From positions 1 to 56,420 of the forward strand of contig CAYLZO010000003.1 of NCBI GenBank assembly GCA_964387775.1: a stretch of DNA of 56,420 bases. Reading direction: 5' to 3'. This document shows, piece after piece, positions 26,670-35,720 of this stretch (position 1 is its first letter; every line of letters starts with the position of its first letter). The DNA comes from an uncultured Anaerolineaceae bacterium (GTDB taxonomy: Bacteria; Chloroflexota; Anaerolineae; JAAYZQ01). Position numbers and translations under genes: made by a program. Below the pieces are notes generated by a model, which saw nothing but the letters and a program-made list of their open reading frames with translations, had not been told where the DNA came from and searched no databases.

Positions 26670-29543
26670 TCAGCCCTCGGCGGGCCAATCGCCGGCCAGC
26701 CAGCGGCGGGCGGCTTCGGGCAGCTTGGTCACCGAGTTGCGCACCAGCTTGCATTCGGGCAGCGAGTTGAGGAACATCGGCCCGTACGACTTGGTCAGCA
26801 CCCGCTTGTCGAGGATGACGACCACGCCCCGGTCGGTCTTGGTCCGGATCAAGCGGCCAAAGCCCTGGCGGAAGCGCAAGATCGTCTCGGGGATGGCGTA
26901 TTCGCCAAAGGGGTTCTCAAAGGACTCGGCCCGGGCGGCAAAGATGGGATCGTCGGGCACGGAGAAGGGCAAGCGGGCGATGACCAGCACGCTCAGCGCC
27001 GGCCCCACCACGTCCACGCCCTCCCAGAAGCTGCGGGTGCCCAGGAGCACCGACTTGGGCGTCGTGCGGAAATTCTCCAGCAGCTGGGCCCGCGAGATGC
27101 CCGCCCCCTGCTGAAAGACCGAGATGCCCTCCTCGCCCAGGGGCCGGGTCAGGGTGTCACTGGTATTACGAAGTTGGTAGTACGAGGTAAAGAGCCCCAG
27201 CAGCCGGCCCTCGGTGGCCCGGGCCAGGGCGAGGAGGGTCTGCTCCACCGTCTTTTGATAGTAGGGCTGGTTGGGCTCGGGGATGTCGGTGGGCACGTAG
27301 AGCAGGGTCGAGCTCTTGTAATCAAAGGGCGAGCCGACGGCCAGCTCGGCGGCGTCCCAGGCATTGAGCCGCTCGCGCATAAAGTCAAAGCTGTTGTCGG
27401 TGGTCAGCGTGGCCGAGGTCATGATGACCGATTTCTTGGGGTAAAACAGGTGCTTCTGGACCAGGTTGCCCACGTGGAGCGGCGCGGCGTGGAGCGTCAC
27501 CCGGTCGTCGCGGGCCGAGACGCTGGCCCAGTAGATGGCCGCGTCGCTGGGCTCGACGATGCAGCCGTTGATCTGGTCGCGCAGCTCGGCCAGGCGGGCC
27601 AGGTAGCCGTTGCAGTCCTGCACCAGCCCTTCCACGTCCTCGACGTCGTAGCCCTCCAGGTCGCCCAGCCCGCCACACAGCGCGTCCAGGTCGCTGACGA
27701 TGCGGTGGAGCTGAGCCGCAAAATTGTCCCACGTGATCTCGACCTCGTCCCAAGCCGGCTGGATGCGCAGCCCGCTGGTCAGCCGCAGCCGCTGGTCGTA
27801 GGACCCTTTGCGTGGACTGTGATCCTCCAAAAAGCTGCCCAGCACCCGAAAAAAGCCGTACACGCCCGTCAGCGCCGCCTCGACCTGGCGCTGGAGCTTG
27901 TGGACGTGGCCCTCCAGCCGGCCCCAATCGTCCGGGGGGACGGCGCCCCGGCAGCGGGCCAGCACGTCGCTGAGAAAGCCGGCGTACCGCCGATTCCCGA
28001 CCGGCCGAGCCAACTCGTTGAGCACCCGCTCCACCACCCGCTGATCGGCCTGGAAGCTGAGTTGACGCGTGACGTTATCTTCCAGGTGATGGGCCTCGTC
28101 GACGATGAGGTAGCGGTACTCGGGCAGGACCCGGTTCTCGACGGCCACGTCGGAGAGGAGCAGGGCGTGGTTGATGACCACGGCGTGGGCCCGCTCGGCC
28201 GCGCGACGGGCCCGGTAAAAGAAGCAGCGCCCCCGCTCGCGGAAGCGACAGCGCTCCAGAGTGCACGTCTCGCTCTCCGCTGAGAGTTTGCTCCACAGCA
28301 CCTGCTCGACGCGGGTGGGCATAAAGAGCTCGCCCCGCTCGCCGGTCTGGGTGCTGGGCAGCCAGGCCAGCACCTTGGCCAACATGCGCATCTCCTCGGT
28401 GGTGCTGACGCCCGTCCCGCGCAGGCTCGCCAGCCGCCGCTGGCAGAGGTAGTTGCTCCGGCCCTTCAGGAGCGCGGCTCGGAATTCGAAGGGGAGCAGG
28501 GCCTGCAAATCGGGGATGTCCTTGAGAAAGAGCTGGTCCTGCAAGTTGATGGTGTTGGTCGAGATCACCACCCGCTCGTCGTTGAGGTGGCCGAAGGCGA
28601 TGGCCGGCAGCAGATAGGCGATGGACTTGCCGGTGCCCGTGCCCGCCTCGACCATCAGGTGCTGTTGCTCGTTGAGCGCCTGGGCCACGGCCCGCAGCAT
28701 CTCAACCTGCTGGGGCCGGTGCTCAAAGCCAGGAAAGCGCTGGGCAAAGAGGCCGCCCTCTTCCAGCATGGCCGCCAGCCGATCCACGTCCAGGGCCCGG
28801 GGCCGGGCGGCGGGGGACAGCTCCTCCTCGTCCTCGGGGCTCGTGGCAAAGAGGGGCCCCAGGACGTCCTCGTGGGCGTCGACCTGGGCGGCCAATTGCT
28901 GGCCGATCCCGCCCCGGAAGGGGGTGCGGGCCAGGCCCCGCTCGACGTCGCGAAAGACGTCCTTCAGCGACCAATCGACCGGCGCCGCCAGCCGGTTCAA
29001 CTCCTTGAGGATGGCCCTCGGCAGTTGGGCCGCGTGCTCCAGCAGTGCCACAAAGAGGTCTACCACGGCCAGCGCGTCGTCCAGGGCGCGGTGGGTGCAG
29101 AGGTTGGTCAACTCAAAGACCTCGCCCAGCTTGGTCAGGCTGTAGCGGGCGGCGTGGGGCATGAGGATGCTGGCCAGCTCAAAGGTGTCGATGGTCGAGT
29201 TGGCGAGGGGCACGTCGTGGCTGCGCAGGAAGCTGAGGTCAAAGCCCACGCTGTGACCCAGCACGGGATGGTGCCCGACGAACCGCCGCACCTGGTGGGC
29301 CACCTCCGAAAAGGGGGGGGAGGACTCGACCTTCTCCTGGGTGATGCCCGTCAGTTGCTGGACCTGGATGGGGATGGGCCGGCCGGGGTTGACCAAGGTG
29401 GACCAGGTGTCGAGCACCTCGGCCTGGACGGTGCCCTCGCGATAATAGGTGCGAAAACGGGCCGCGCCGACCTCCGTGATGGTGTCGCGCTCGGGGTCGA
29501 GGCCCGTCGTCTCCAGGTCGAGGGCCACGTAGGTTCGGTTCAT
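26670..29543 (-). CDS. dinG: Bifunctional DnaQ-like 3'-5' exonuclease / DinG-family ATP-dependent helicase
   Basis: N-terminal ALDLETTGLDPERD (Exo I). Helicase motifs EAGTGTGKS and DEAHHL, plus the four-Cys FeS region (CQRR...CTLERCRFRERGRCFF). Confidence 0.9.
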   Translation of the reverse strand: MNRTYVALDLETTGLDPERDTITEVGAARFRTYYREGTVQAEVLDTWSTLVNPGRPIPIQVQQLTGITQEKVESSPPFSEVAHQVRRFVGHHPVLGHSVGFDLSFLRSHDVPLANSTIDTFELASILMPHAARYSLTKLGEVFELTNLCTHRALDDALAVVDLFVALLEHAAQLPRAILKELNRLAAPVDWSLKDVFRDVERGLARTPFRGGIGQQLAAQVDAHEDVLGPLFATSPEDEEELSPAARPRALDVDRLAAMLEEGGLFAQRFPGFEHRPQQVEMLRAVAQALNEQQHLMVEAGTGTGKSIAYLLPAIAFGHLNDERVVISTNTINLQDQLFLKDIPDLQALLPFEFRAALLKGRSNYLCQRRLASLRGTGVSTTEEMRMLAKVLAWLPSTQTGERGELFMPTRVEQVLWSKLSAESETCTLERCRFRERGRCFFYRARRAAERAHAVVINHALLLSDVAVENRVLPEYRYLIVDEAHHLEDNVTRQLSFQADQRVVERVLNELARPVGNRRYAGFLSDVLARCRGAVPPDDWGRLEGHVHKLQRQVEAALTGVYGFFRVLGSFLEDHSPRKGSYDQRLRLTSGLRIQPAWDEVEITWDNFAAQLHRIVSDLDALCGGLGDLEGYDVEDVEGLVQDCNGYLARLAELRDQINGCIVEPSDAAIYWASVSARDDRVTLHAAPLHVGNLVQKHLFYPKKSVIMTSATLTTDNSFDFMRERLNAWDAAELAVGSPFDYKSSTLLYVPTDIPEPNQPYYQKTVEQTLLALARATEGRLLGLFTSYYQLRNTSDTLTRPLGEEGISVFQQGAGISRAQLLENFRTTPKSVLLGTRSFWEGVDVVGPALSVLVIARLPFSVPDDPIFAARAESFENPFGEYAIPETILRFRQGFGRLIRTKTDRGVVVILDKRVLTKSYGPMFLNSLPECKLVRNSVTKLPEAARRWLAGDWPAEG

Positions 29544-29623
29544 GGGGAACTCCGTTCTAGGGGAGCAGGTCACAAACTGCGCAGCGCGCGCTGCGTGGAC
29601 TCCTCTCTCTCCCAACACCGACG

Positions 29624-29652
29624 ATTATACCCCAGGCCGGGAGAAAAGGCAA
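29624..29652 (-). promoter_or_regulatory. dinG promoter (TTGCCT-17-TATAAT)
   Basis: Same hexamers and spacing as the ABC operon promoter. Confidence 0.5.
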
Positions 29653-29797
29653 ATGGCAAAGAGATCTCTCCGGCGATCCCGATCCTGGGCCCAGATCCTT
29701 GGGGTTTTTGACTCTCGGACAGGCGTTGTGAATTTGACGCAGGGCATCTCGGCAGATTCCCTTCGGTCTGAGCCAGAAACCCCAAGGGTCTAGGCGG

Positions 29798-30583
29798 TCA
29801 GCCGTCCGGCGAGGTCTGGAGGTAGATCTCCTGGCCGTCGGTGCCGATCTCGTCCATGCCCAGCTTTTCGGCAAAGTAGATGGCGACCTTCTGGCGGATA
29901 CCGATCCGCCACAGGGGACGCACGCCCCGGGCAAAGAGGTGGGCAAAGAGGGCCTCGACGCAGTCGGTGGCGTAGCGCCGGTGGCGGTGGCGGCGCCGGG
30001 TGTAGACGCCCACGTCGCAGTAGCGGGGCGTCAGGGCCAAGGAAGCGGCCACGCTCACCAGCCGGCCCCGGCGCACGACGCCAAAGGCCAGGCCCTCGGC
30101 CAGCAGCGCCTCGGCCGCGCCAAAGTTGTGGTGGAGAAAGGCTGCCTCGTCGGGCAGGGCGGCCAGCAGCGCCAAGTCGTCCGGGCCGAGGCGGCGGACG
30201 AGCTCCGGCCGCCAGACGGCGAGACCCTCGGGGATCTGCCGGTAGGTGAAGCACAGGCCCTCGACTTCCAGGTGGATGGGCCGCCGGGCGCGGAGGGGCT
30301 GCACCAGTGCCAGGGGAATCAGGTAGCCGCAGGCGGCGTCGAGCCGGGCCAGGAAATCGGCCAGGGGGTCCCGCTCCGCTGCGGGCAGGTCGCTCGCGCC
30401 AAAGACATAGACGTCGGGGTCGGGCGCGTGGGGCACGACGGCGCCGTAGCGGGGCTGCGCCGCCGAATCGGCATAGACGTCGCAGCGCCGGTGTTTCAAG
30501 AGAAAGTAGGCGGTGACGGTAAAGGGCGTATCGCCCACGATCTCGGCGGCCGCGTCAAAGCGGCTGGCGTCGAGCCGGATCAC
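29798..30583 (-). CDS. GNAT-like acetyltransferase (C-terminal GNAT fold, uncharacterised N-domain)
   Basis: C-terminal VRRGRLVSVA...[33 protein letters not shown]...AEKLG resembles the GNAT AcCoA-binding region. GTG start. Confidence 0.45.
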   Translation of the reverse strand: MIRLDASRFDAAAEIVGDTPFTVTAYFLLKHRRCDVYADSAAQPRYGAVVPHAPDPDVYVFGASDLPAAERDPLADFLARLDAACGYLIPLALVQPLRARRPIHLEVEGLCFTYRQIPEGLAVWRPELVRRLGPDDLALLAALPDEAAFLHHNFGAAEALLAEGLAFGVVRRGRLVSVAASLALTPRYCDVGVYTRRRHRHRRYATDCVEALFAHLFARGVRPLWRIGIRQKVAIYFAEKLGMDEIGTDGQEIYLQTSPDG

Positions 30584-30595
30584 GGCCTCTGTCCC

Positions 30596-30697
30596 TTACC
30601 GGCGAAAAGCGGCCGGGTCTTTGTACAGGTTAAAGATAAAGCCGAAGGGGTCGCATAGATAGCACCGGTCGCTGGCCCCTTCCCAGCGGACGACCTC
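30596..30697 (-). pseudogene. VOC/glyoxalase-like C-terminal fragment
   Basis: Minus-strand frame reads EVVRWEGASDRCYLCDPFGFIFNLYKDPAAFRR*. No intact upstream ORF or start codon. Confidence 0.3.
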
Positions 30698-30983
30698 ACA
30701 ACATATCGATCCTCTCCTTTTCCCAGTTGCTGGACCGCCGCCCAGCCCCCAGGTTCTATTTTGCTACCGGACACCTGTTGCCGGGAGGAATAGCCGCGGA
30801 TCGACAGAAATGCGCGGATTTTTCAAAGCAGACGAGTTTTGTGCCCCAATTCAACGAGTCCAATCCGCGTTTTTCTGTAAATCCGTGATTCTGAAGCACA
30901 TGGCAGAAAAAGTGTCCGGTAGTGAAGGTTCTATCACGGATCGCGCGATTTGGCAAGTTTTTCTGTCGCCTGGCCCGATTCGC

Positions 30984-32282
30984 TCAAGTGATGGCGGCCG
31001 GAAGCGTAAAGGCAAAGGTGCTGCCCCGGCCCGGGAGCCCCTCGCTCTCGACGCTCACCTCGCCACCCAGTTTGTCCGCGATGCGCCGCACGATGGACAG
31101 GCCGAGTCCATAGCCCTCGGCCCGCAACTGGCTCAGGCGCGTAAATGGGGTGAAGAGCCGCTCCTGTTCTTCGGGGCCGAGGCCCGGCCCGTTGTCCCGC
31201 ACCCAGAATTTGACCCGGGGTGCACCTTTTGGGCCGCGCGGCTCCAGGATCGTGTAGCCCAGGGTGATTAACGGAGGCCGGCCGCCGTACTTGATGGCGT
31301 TGCTCAAATAGTTGACCCATATTTGCTCGACCCAGGGGGCGTAGCCCAGGGTCGAGGGCCAGGTGTCCGGGGCAATGATCTCGGCTTGATGAGCCTCGAT
31401 CAAGTCCGCCAGCCGCCCGCGGGCTTCGGCCACGATTTGGGCCATGTCCAGGGGAGCCAACGCCACCTCGCCCTTGCGTACCTGGGCCAGGAGCAGCAAC
31501 TCCTCGATGATGCGGTCCATCTTGCGCCCACTCTCGGCGATGTTTCGCAGACTCGCCTGTAGTTCATCCTCTGGCATCACGGCCCAGTCCAGTTCCAACA
31601 ACTCGGCCGTGCCGACGATGACGGACAGCGGGTTCTGGAGGTCGTGGGCCACGGTGTGGCAGAAGGCGTCCAGCTCCTCGTTGCGCGCCTGGAGCGCGGC
31701 GTTGGAGCGGCGCAGGGCCGCCTCGGCCCGCTGCCGCTCCTCGACCTCTTGCTGTAAGGTCCGGTGCGTCTGGGCGTTTTTCAGCACCGTCTCGGCATAG
31801 CTGGCAAAGGTCTGGGCCAGGGCCAGATCCTCGCCGGTGAAGGGCTGGCCGATGCGGTTCAGGCACATGCCGCCCCAGACCTCGTCGTCGACGATGAGGG
31901 GGGTGACGATGACGTGTTCCTCTTCCTCCACGGGCGTACCCGGGATCTGGTAGCCGGCGGGGCTCTCGGTGGCGTCGTTAAAGATGAGGCTCTGCCGGGC
32001 CTGGATCGCCTGGCCGGTAAAGCTCCCCTCGATGGGGATCCGGGCGGCGAGGATCTCCTGCTCGAAGGGCTCAAAGGTGGCGACGGGGCGCAGGGTCTGG
32101 CCGTCAGGCTCCAGGAGGTAGATGGCCGATCCGTAGGCCGCCAGCAGCTCCTTGGCCGCGTCGCCGATGCGGACCAGGACCTCGTCCCGGTCGAGGCTGG
32201 AGGTCAGGTAGCGGGCGGTCTCGAGGAGTTTCTCCAGTTGGCCGATATTGGGCTGTGATGATTTCTGTTCTTCAATGGTCAC
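30984..32282 (-). CDS. GAF-domain sensor histidine kinase
   Basis: GAF region in the N-terminal half. H-box HTVAHDLQNPL. HATPase N/G boxes (NAIKY, DNGPG, GYGLGLSI). Confidence 0.85.
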   Translation of the reverse strand: MTIEEQKSSQPNIGQLEKLLETARYLTSSLDRDEVLVRIGDAAKELLAAYGSAIYLLEPDGQTLRPVATFEPFEQEILAARIPIEGSFTGQAIQARQSLIFNDATESPAGYQIPGTPVEEEEHVIVTPLIVDDEVWGGMCLNRIGQPFTGEDLALAQTFASYAETVLKNAQTHRTLQQEVEERQRAEAALRRSNAALQARNEELDAFCHTVAHDLQNPLSVIVGTAELLELDWAVMPEDELQASLRNIAESGRKMDRIIEELLLLAQVRKGEVALAPLDMAQIVAEARGRLADLIEAHQAEIIAPDTWPSTLGYAPWVEQIWVNYLSNAIKYGGRPPLITLGYTILEPRGPKGAPRVKFWVRDNGPGLGPEEQERLFTPFTRLSQLRAEGYGLGLSIVRRIADKLGGEVSVESEGLPGRGSTFAFTLPAAIT

Positions 32283-32364
32283 GTCAGCCTCTCTCCTGTG
32301 ATAGGTCTAGGTGCAATTCGGATGCGGTTCTGGCAGGCCGGGGCGAAACGCACCTCCTCCGGGA

Positions 32365-33126
32365 TCAATCGCCCTTGCCCACGGCCGCCACGATGGCGGG
32401 CAGCACCTCGGCCACGTCGCCGTGGATGACGACGTCGGCCTGGGCGTCAAATGCCGTAGGTTGCAGATTGACGATGATGGCCCGGGCGCCGCTCTCCACT
32501 GCCACAAACGGCACGTCGGCGGCGGGGGTGACCTCCAGCGACGAACCGGCGACCAGGACCAGGTCGGCGCGGCGGGCCTCGGCCATCGCTTCGTTGAGCA
32601 CGTGGATGGGCAATTGCTCGCCAAAGAGAATGACGTCGGGCTTGAGCACGCCGCCGCAGGCGCAGCGAGGTACCTTTCCTTCGAGGATGGAGTGTTCGAG
32701 GCTGGGGTCCACCGGTACTTTTTCGTAGCAGCGGATACAGGTCGCCTCGCGCAGGTGGCCGTGGAGCTCCAGCACCCGGCGCGAGCCGGCCCGTTGGTGG
32801 AGGTTGTCGATGTTCTGGGTGACAATGGTTTGCAGGTGGCCCATCGCCTCCAGGTCGGCCAGGGCCCGGTGGGCGGGGTTGGGCGGGGCGTTGAGCAGCA
32901 ACTCGGCCATCGGCCGGATCCAGTCGTAGAACGTCTTGGGGTTCAGGCGAAAGGCCCAGATGGAGGCCACGAGCATGGGATTGCTCGTTTCCCATAGCCC
33001 GGAGCCAGGGCCGCGAAAGTCGGGGATGCCCGAGGGCGTGCTGTGTCCGGCGCCCGTGAAAGCCATCATGTGCCGGGAGCGGCGGATCAGTTCGGCAGCC
33101 CGTTCGATGCGGTCTTGGATGCGCAT
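32365..33126 (-). CDS. cobB: NAD-dependent protein deacylase (Sir2/CobB)
   Basis: GAGHSTPSGIPDFRG, QNIDNLH and the Zn ribbon CIRC...CACGG. Confidence 0.85.
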   Translation of the reverse strand: MRIQDRIERAAELIRRSRHMMAFTGAGHSTPSGIPDFRGPGSGLWETSNPMLVASIWAFRLNPKTFYDWIRPMAELLLNAPPNPAHRALADLEAMGHLQTIVTQNIDNLHQRAGSRRVLELHGHLREATCIRCYEKVPVDPSLEHSILEGKVPRCACGGVLKPDVILFGEQLPIHVLNEAMAEARRADLVLVAGSSLEVTPAADVPFVAVESGARAIIVNLQPTAFDAQADVVIHGDVAEVLPAIVAAVGKGD

Positions 33127-33143
33127 GTGCCTCCTGGTGTGAC

Positions 33144-33234
33144 GCGTATTGCGTATTCCGTATTGCGTAGATGCTGATCACGGGTCACGTTTCACACGTT
33201 ACGCTGTACGCAATACGCTGTACGCAATACGTTC
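33144..33234. repeat. 13 phased heptamers forming an inverted repeat (gcgtatt-type / tacgcaa-type)
   Basis: gcgtatt gcgtatt ccgtatt gcgtaga tgctgat cacgggt cacgttt cacacgt tacgctg tacgcaa tacgctg tacgcaa tacgttc. Confidence 0.85.
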
Positions 33235-33237
33235 TGG

Positions 33238-33936
33238 TCAGAGCAATGCCGGTTGCCTGTTCTCAATCTCCAACTCTGCGCCGCCGGCCACTTTGTGTGC
33301 CCAGCGCGTCGTCTCGGGCAGGCGGTAGCCGCGGCCGCAGCGCAGCACGAACGCGATGGCCGTCTCCAGGTCCACCCGGTGGCCGATGGACACAAAGACC
33401 GGCTTCACATTCTTTCGAGTGCGAAGGACCGCGCCGATGGTCTCCTCGCCGTCCTTCAGTGGCGACCAATCCCCGACTTTGTTGCCGGGCTCCTCGTACT
33501 CGCCCGTGAGCCGCGACTTGGCGCAGCCGATACTCGGCCGGTCGAGCAGCACGCCCATGTGGGCTGCCAGGCCGATGCGCAGGGGGTGGGCGATGCCCTG
33601 CCCGTCAAAGAGAAAGAGGTCGGGCCAGGTGTCGAGCTGCTCCAGGGCGGCCAGAACTGCCGGCCCCTCACGGAAGGTCAGCAGGCCGGGCACGTAGGGG
33701 AACGAGATCTCGGTCTCGGCCCGGGCATAATCCACCGGTTCGAGGTCCGGGAGGCTGAGCACCACCCCGGCCGCCCGCGTCTTTCCTTCCGGGAATCCGA
33801 CGTCCACCCCGGCCACGGTGCGCACCGACTCCGGGTCGAAGGTGGTCTCGCGGATCACGCGCTCGGCCAGCCACGATTGCAGGTCCTTGGCTTCGTCTGT
33901 AGATAGATCCCACGAATGGGAGATGGCCGTCTCCAC
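33238..33936 (-). CDS. nfi: Endonuclease V
   Basis: AGVDVGF, PYVPGLLTFREGP, DGQGIAHPLRIGLA and GHR motifs. GTG 33936 lies 10 nt after GGAGG. The longer track ORF would translate a repeat hairpin. Confidence 0.8.
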   Translation of the reverse strand: METAISHSWDLSTDEAKDLQSWLAERVIRETTFDPESVRTVAGVDVGFPEGKTRAAGVVLSLPDLEPVDYARAETEISFPYVPGLLTFREGPAVLAALEQLDTWPDLFLFDGQGIAHPLRIGLAAHMGVLLDRPSIGCAKSRLTGEYEEPGNKVGDWSPLKDGEETIGAVLRTRKNVKPVFVSIGHRVDLETAIAFVLRCGRGYRLPETTRWAHKVAGGAELEIENRQPALL

Positions 33937-33961
33937 GCCAGCGCTGCCTCCAGATAAAAAA

Positions 33962-34014
33962 GTATTGCGTATGGCGGACGGTGCAACTGAGCCGGGGATA
34001 CGCAATACGGAATA
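33962..34014. repeat. Hairpin gtattgcgtat/atacgcaatac carrying the inverted 16-mer partner of 33154-33169
   Basis: 33999-34014 is the exact reverse complement of tattccgtattgcgta at 33154-33169. Confidence 0.8.
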
Positions 34015-34064
34015 GGCACTCGATACGGGTCTCACTGTATCATAAAACGACCTCTTTGGCAAGC

Positions 34065-34093
34065 TTGACTTTGAGGGCCTTTTGAGGTAAGAT
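34065..34093 (+). promoter_or_regulatory. Promoter (TTGACT-17-TAAGAT)
   Basis: Hexamers at 34065-34070 and 34088-34093. RBS AGGAGGGGG follows. Confidence 0.55.
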
Positions 34094-34122
34094 GCACGCC
34101 GTTGACTTCAAGAGGAGGGGGA

Positions 34123-34995
34123 GTGCGCGGCTACCTGATCTACGTCTCATATCGGCTGCTGGCAGCATTGACCGGCCGCCTACCGCCCCGAGTTGGCTAT
34201 TGGTTGGCCGGCCGGGTCGGGTTTCTTCTCTATCATCTCGTCCCCAGTCTTCGCCTCGTCATACTTCACAACATGCAGCACGTGCTCGGACCCCAGGCCA
34301 AGCCGGAAGAGGTCGAGGCCGCGGCGCGGCGGGCGTGCGTGAACGTCGCCAAGGGCCACTACGACCTCTTTCGGGTGTCGCGGCTGACGATCGACGAGAT
34401 CCGGGATCTAACCCAGGTGCAGGGCATGGAGCATCTGTACGAGGCCCTGGACCGCGGCCGGGGTGTCGTCGTCTTTTCCGCCCATTTTGGGAACGTGGAT
34501 ATTGTCGGCCAGTTGCCCGCCGCCCACGGCCTGCGCATCACCGGGGCAGCTCACCACATTCAACCCGAGCGGCTCTTTCGCTTTCTCCTCCGGATTCGAC
34601 AGCAGCATGGGCTGCGCCTGATCCCCTCCGACGAGTCGATGATCGGCCTTTTTCGCGCCTTGAAGCGGGGCGAGATCGTCGCCCTGCCCACCGACCGGAA
34701 CGTGACCGACCACAGCCGCGAGGTGGAATTCTTTGGCGAGCCGACCCACCTGCCCGACGGGCCGGTGCGGGTGGCGCTACGGACCGGCGCGGCATTGGTC
34801 TCGGCCTTTGTGCTGCGCCTGCCCGACAACTCGTTCCTGGTGCAGGTCGAGCCCGCGCTCGATTTGCCCCGGACGGGGGACACCGAGGCCGACGTCCAGG
34901 CCGGGATGGAATTGGTCGTGGAGGTCATGGAGCGGCACATCGGCCGGCACCCCGAGCAGTGGCTGGTGGCCGCCCCTGTCTGGCCGATGGATTAG
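34123..34995 (+). CDS. LpxL/HtrB-family lysophospholipid (lauroyl/myristoyl-type) acyltransferase
   Basis: Family-typical layout with SAHFGNVD (HX4D-like) and PTDRN motifs. GTG start after a strong RBS. Confidence 0.7.
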   Translation: MRGYLIYVSYRLLAALTGRLPPRVGYWLAGRVGFLLYHLVPSLRLVILHNMQHVLGPQAKPEEVEAAARRACVNVAKGHYDLFRVSRLTIDEIRDLTQVQGMEHLYEALDRGRGVVVFSAHFGNVDIVGQLPAAHGLRITGAAHHIQPERLFRFLLRIRQQHGLRLIPSDESMIGLFRALKRGEIVALPTDRNVTDHSREVEFFGEPTHLPDGPVRVALRTGAALVSAFVLRLPDNSFLVQVEPALDLPRTGDTEADVQAGMELVVEVMERHIGRHPEQWLVAAPVWPMD

Positions 34996-35031
34996 CCGGC
35001 ACCCACCAAAATCCGTTGAGGACGGAGATCT

Positions 35032-35703
35032 ATGTCATTCATCGAACAAAAAGCCCGCAAAGTCAGCCGCCCGGCACTGGAAGCCATCGGCCGGTTGCTG
35101 GCTCGCCTGAACGTCTCGCCCGACGGCGTCACCCTTGTGGGTCTGGTGCTGACCGTCGGCGTGGCGGTCCTGGCCGCCCTCGGAGAGATCCGCTGGGCGG
35201 GCCTGCTCTACATCGTCGCCGCCGCGTGCGACGCCCTGGATGGCACCCTGGCCCGGGTTAGCGGCAGGGGCAGCCGCTTTGGCGCCTTTCTCGACTCGAC
35301 CATCGACCGCTTTGAGGAATCTATCGTCTTTTTCGGCCTCATCGTCTACTACGCCGAGGTGGGTGGGGCGGTCGAGATCCCGCTGCTCCTCCTGGCTGCC
35401 GTCGCCTCGCTCATGGTCAGCTACACGCGGGCGCGAGCCGAGGCATTGGGCATCGCCTGCACGGTGGGCGTCATGACCCGGCCCCCTCGCGTGGCGATCA
35501 CCATCGTCGGCATGGTCCTCGACCAGGTTCTCATCGCCTTGGTCATCCTGGCCGCGGCGAGTCTGTTCACCACGTTTCACCGCATCTACCACGTCTGGCG
35601 CACGACGGGCGGCGAACAGGGCGGGTGGACGGCCCCCGAGGCGCCCTTCGTTGCGCCGGGGCTGTCCCGCCTGGAGAAGAAAGGGCAGGGGAAATCACCA
35701 TAA
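35032..35703 (+). CDS. CDP-alcohol phosphatidyltransferase (PgsA / PIP-synthase-like)
   Basis: DALDGTLAR...GAFLDSTIDR signature, D(x)2DG(x)2AR...G(x)3D(x)3D. Confidence 0.8.
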   Translation: MSFIEQKARKVSRPALEAIGRLLARLNVSPDGVTLVGLVLTVGVAVLAALGEIRWAGLLYIVAAACDALDGTLARVSGRGSRFGAFLDSTIDRFEESIVFFGLIVYYAEVGGAVEIPLLLLAAVASLMVSYTRARAEALGIACTVGVMTRPPRVAITIVGMVLDQVLIALVILAAASLFTTFHRIYHVWRTTGGEQGGWTAPEAPFVAPGLSRLEKKGQGKSP

Positions 35704-35720
35704 AGTTTCTGAACGTCCTG

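Noticed and set aside
26670-29543. DinG helicase as a CRISPR- or defence-associated DinG.
   Set aside because: It has the housekeeping exonuclease-DinG fusion architecture with an FeS cluster. No cas, Dnd or other defence neighbours are present.
29698-29785. An 11-bp inverted repeat (ccttggggttt / aaaccccaagg) with a 66-nt spacer downstream of the GNAT gene, as a structured ncRNA.
   Set aside because: It is most simply a long-loop terminator/3' UTR structure for the GNAT gene. I could see no additional conserved features.
30580-30956. Small minus-strand ORFs 30580-30774 and 30756-30956 as genes.
   Set aside because: They have no RBS or family resemblance and span the repeat-rich AT-richer gap. 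Only a short different-frame VOC-like fragment looks protein-derived.
32365-33126. Sir2-domain gene as a possible defence (Thoeris/DSR-like) component, next to a nuclease (nfi).
   Set aside because: It is a canonical ~250-aa CobB with an intact Zn ribbon and NAD motifs and no fused effector or sensor domain. nfi is a standard repair enzyme. No other defence genes are adjacent.
35625-35720. ATG 35625 as the start of the CaCA antiporter.
   Set aside because: It would overlap the upstream CDP-alcohol transferase gene by 79 nt and add a non-hydrophobic, Pro/Gly/Arg-rich peptide. The family N-terminus begins near LNVLLVF.
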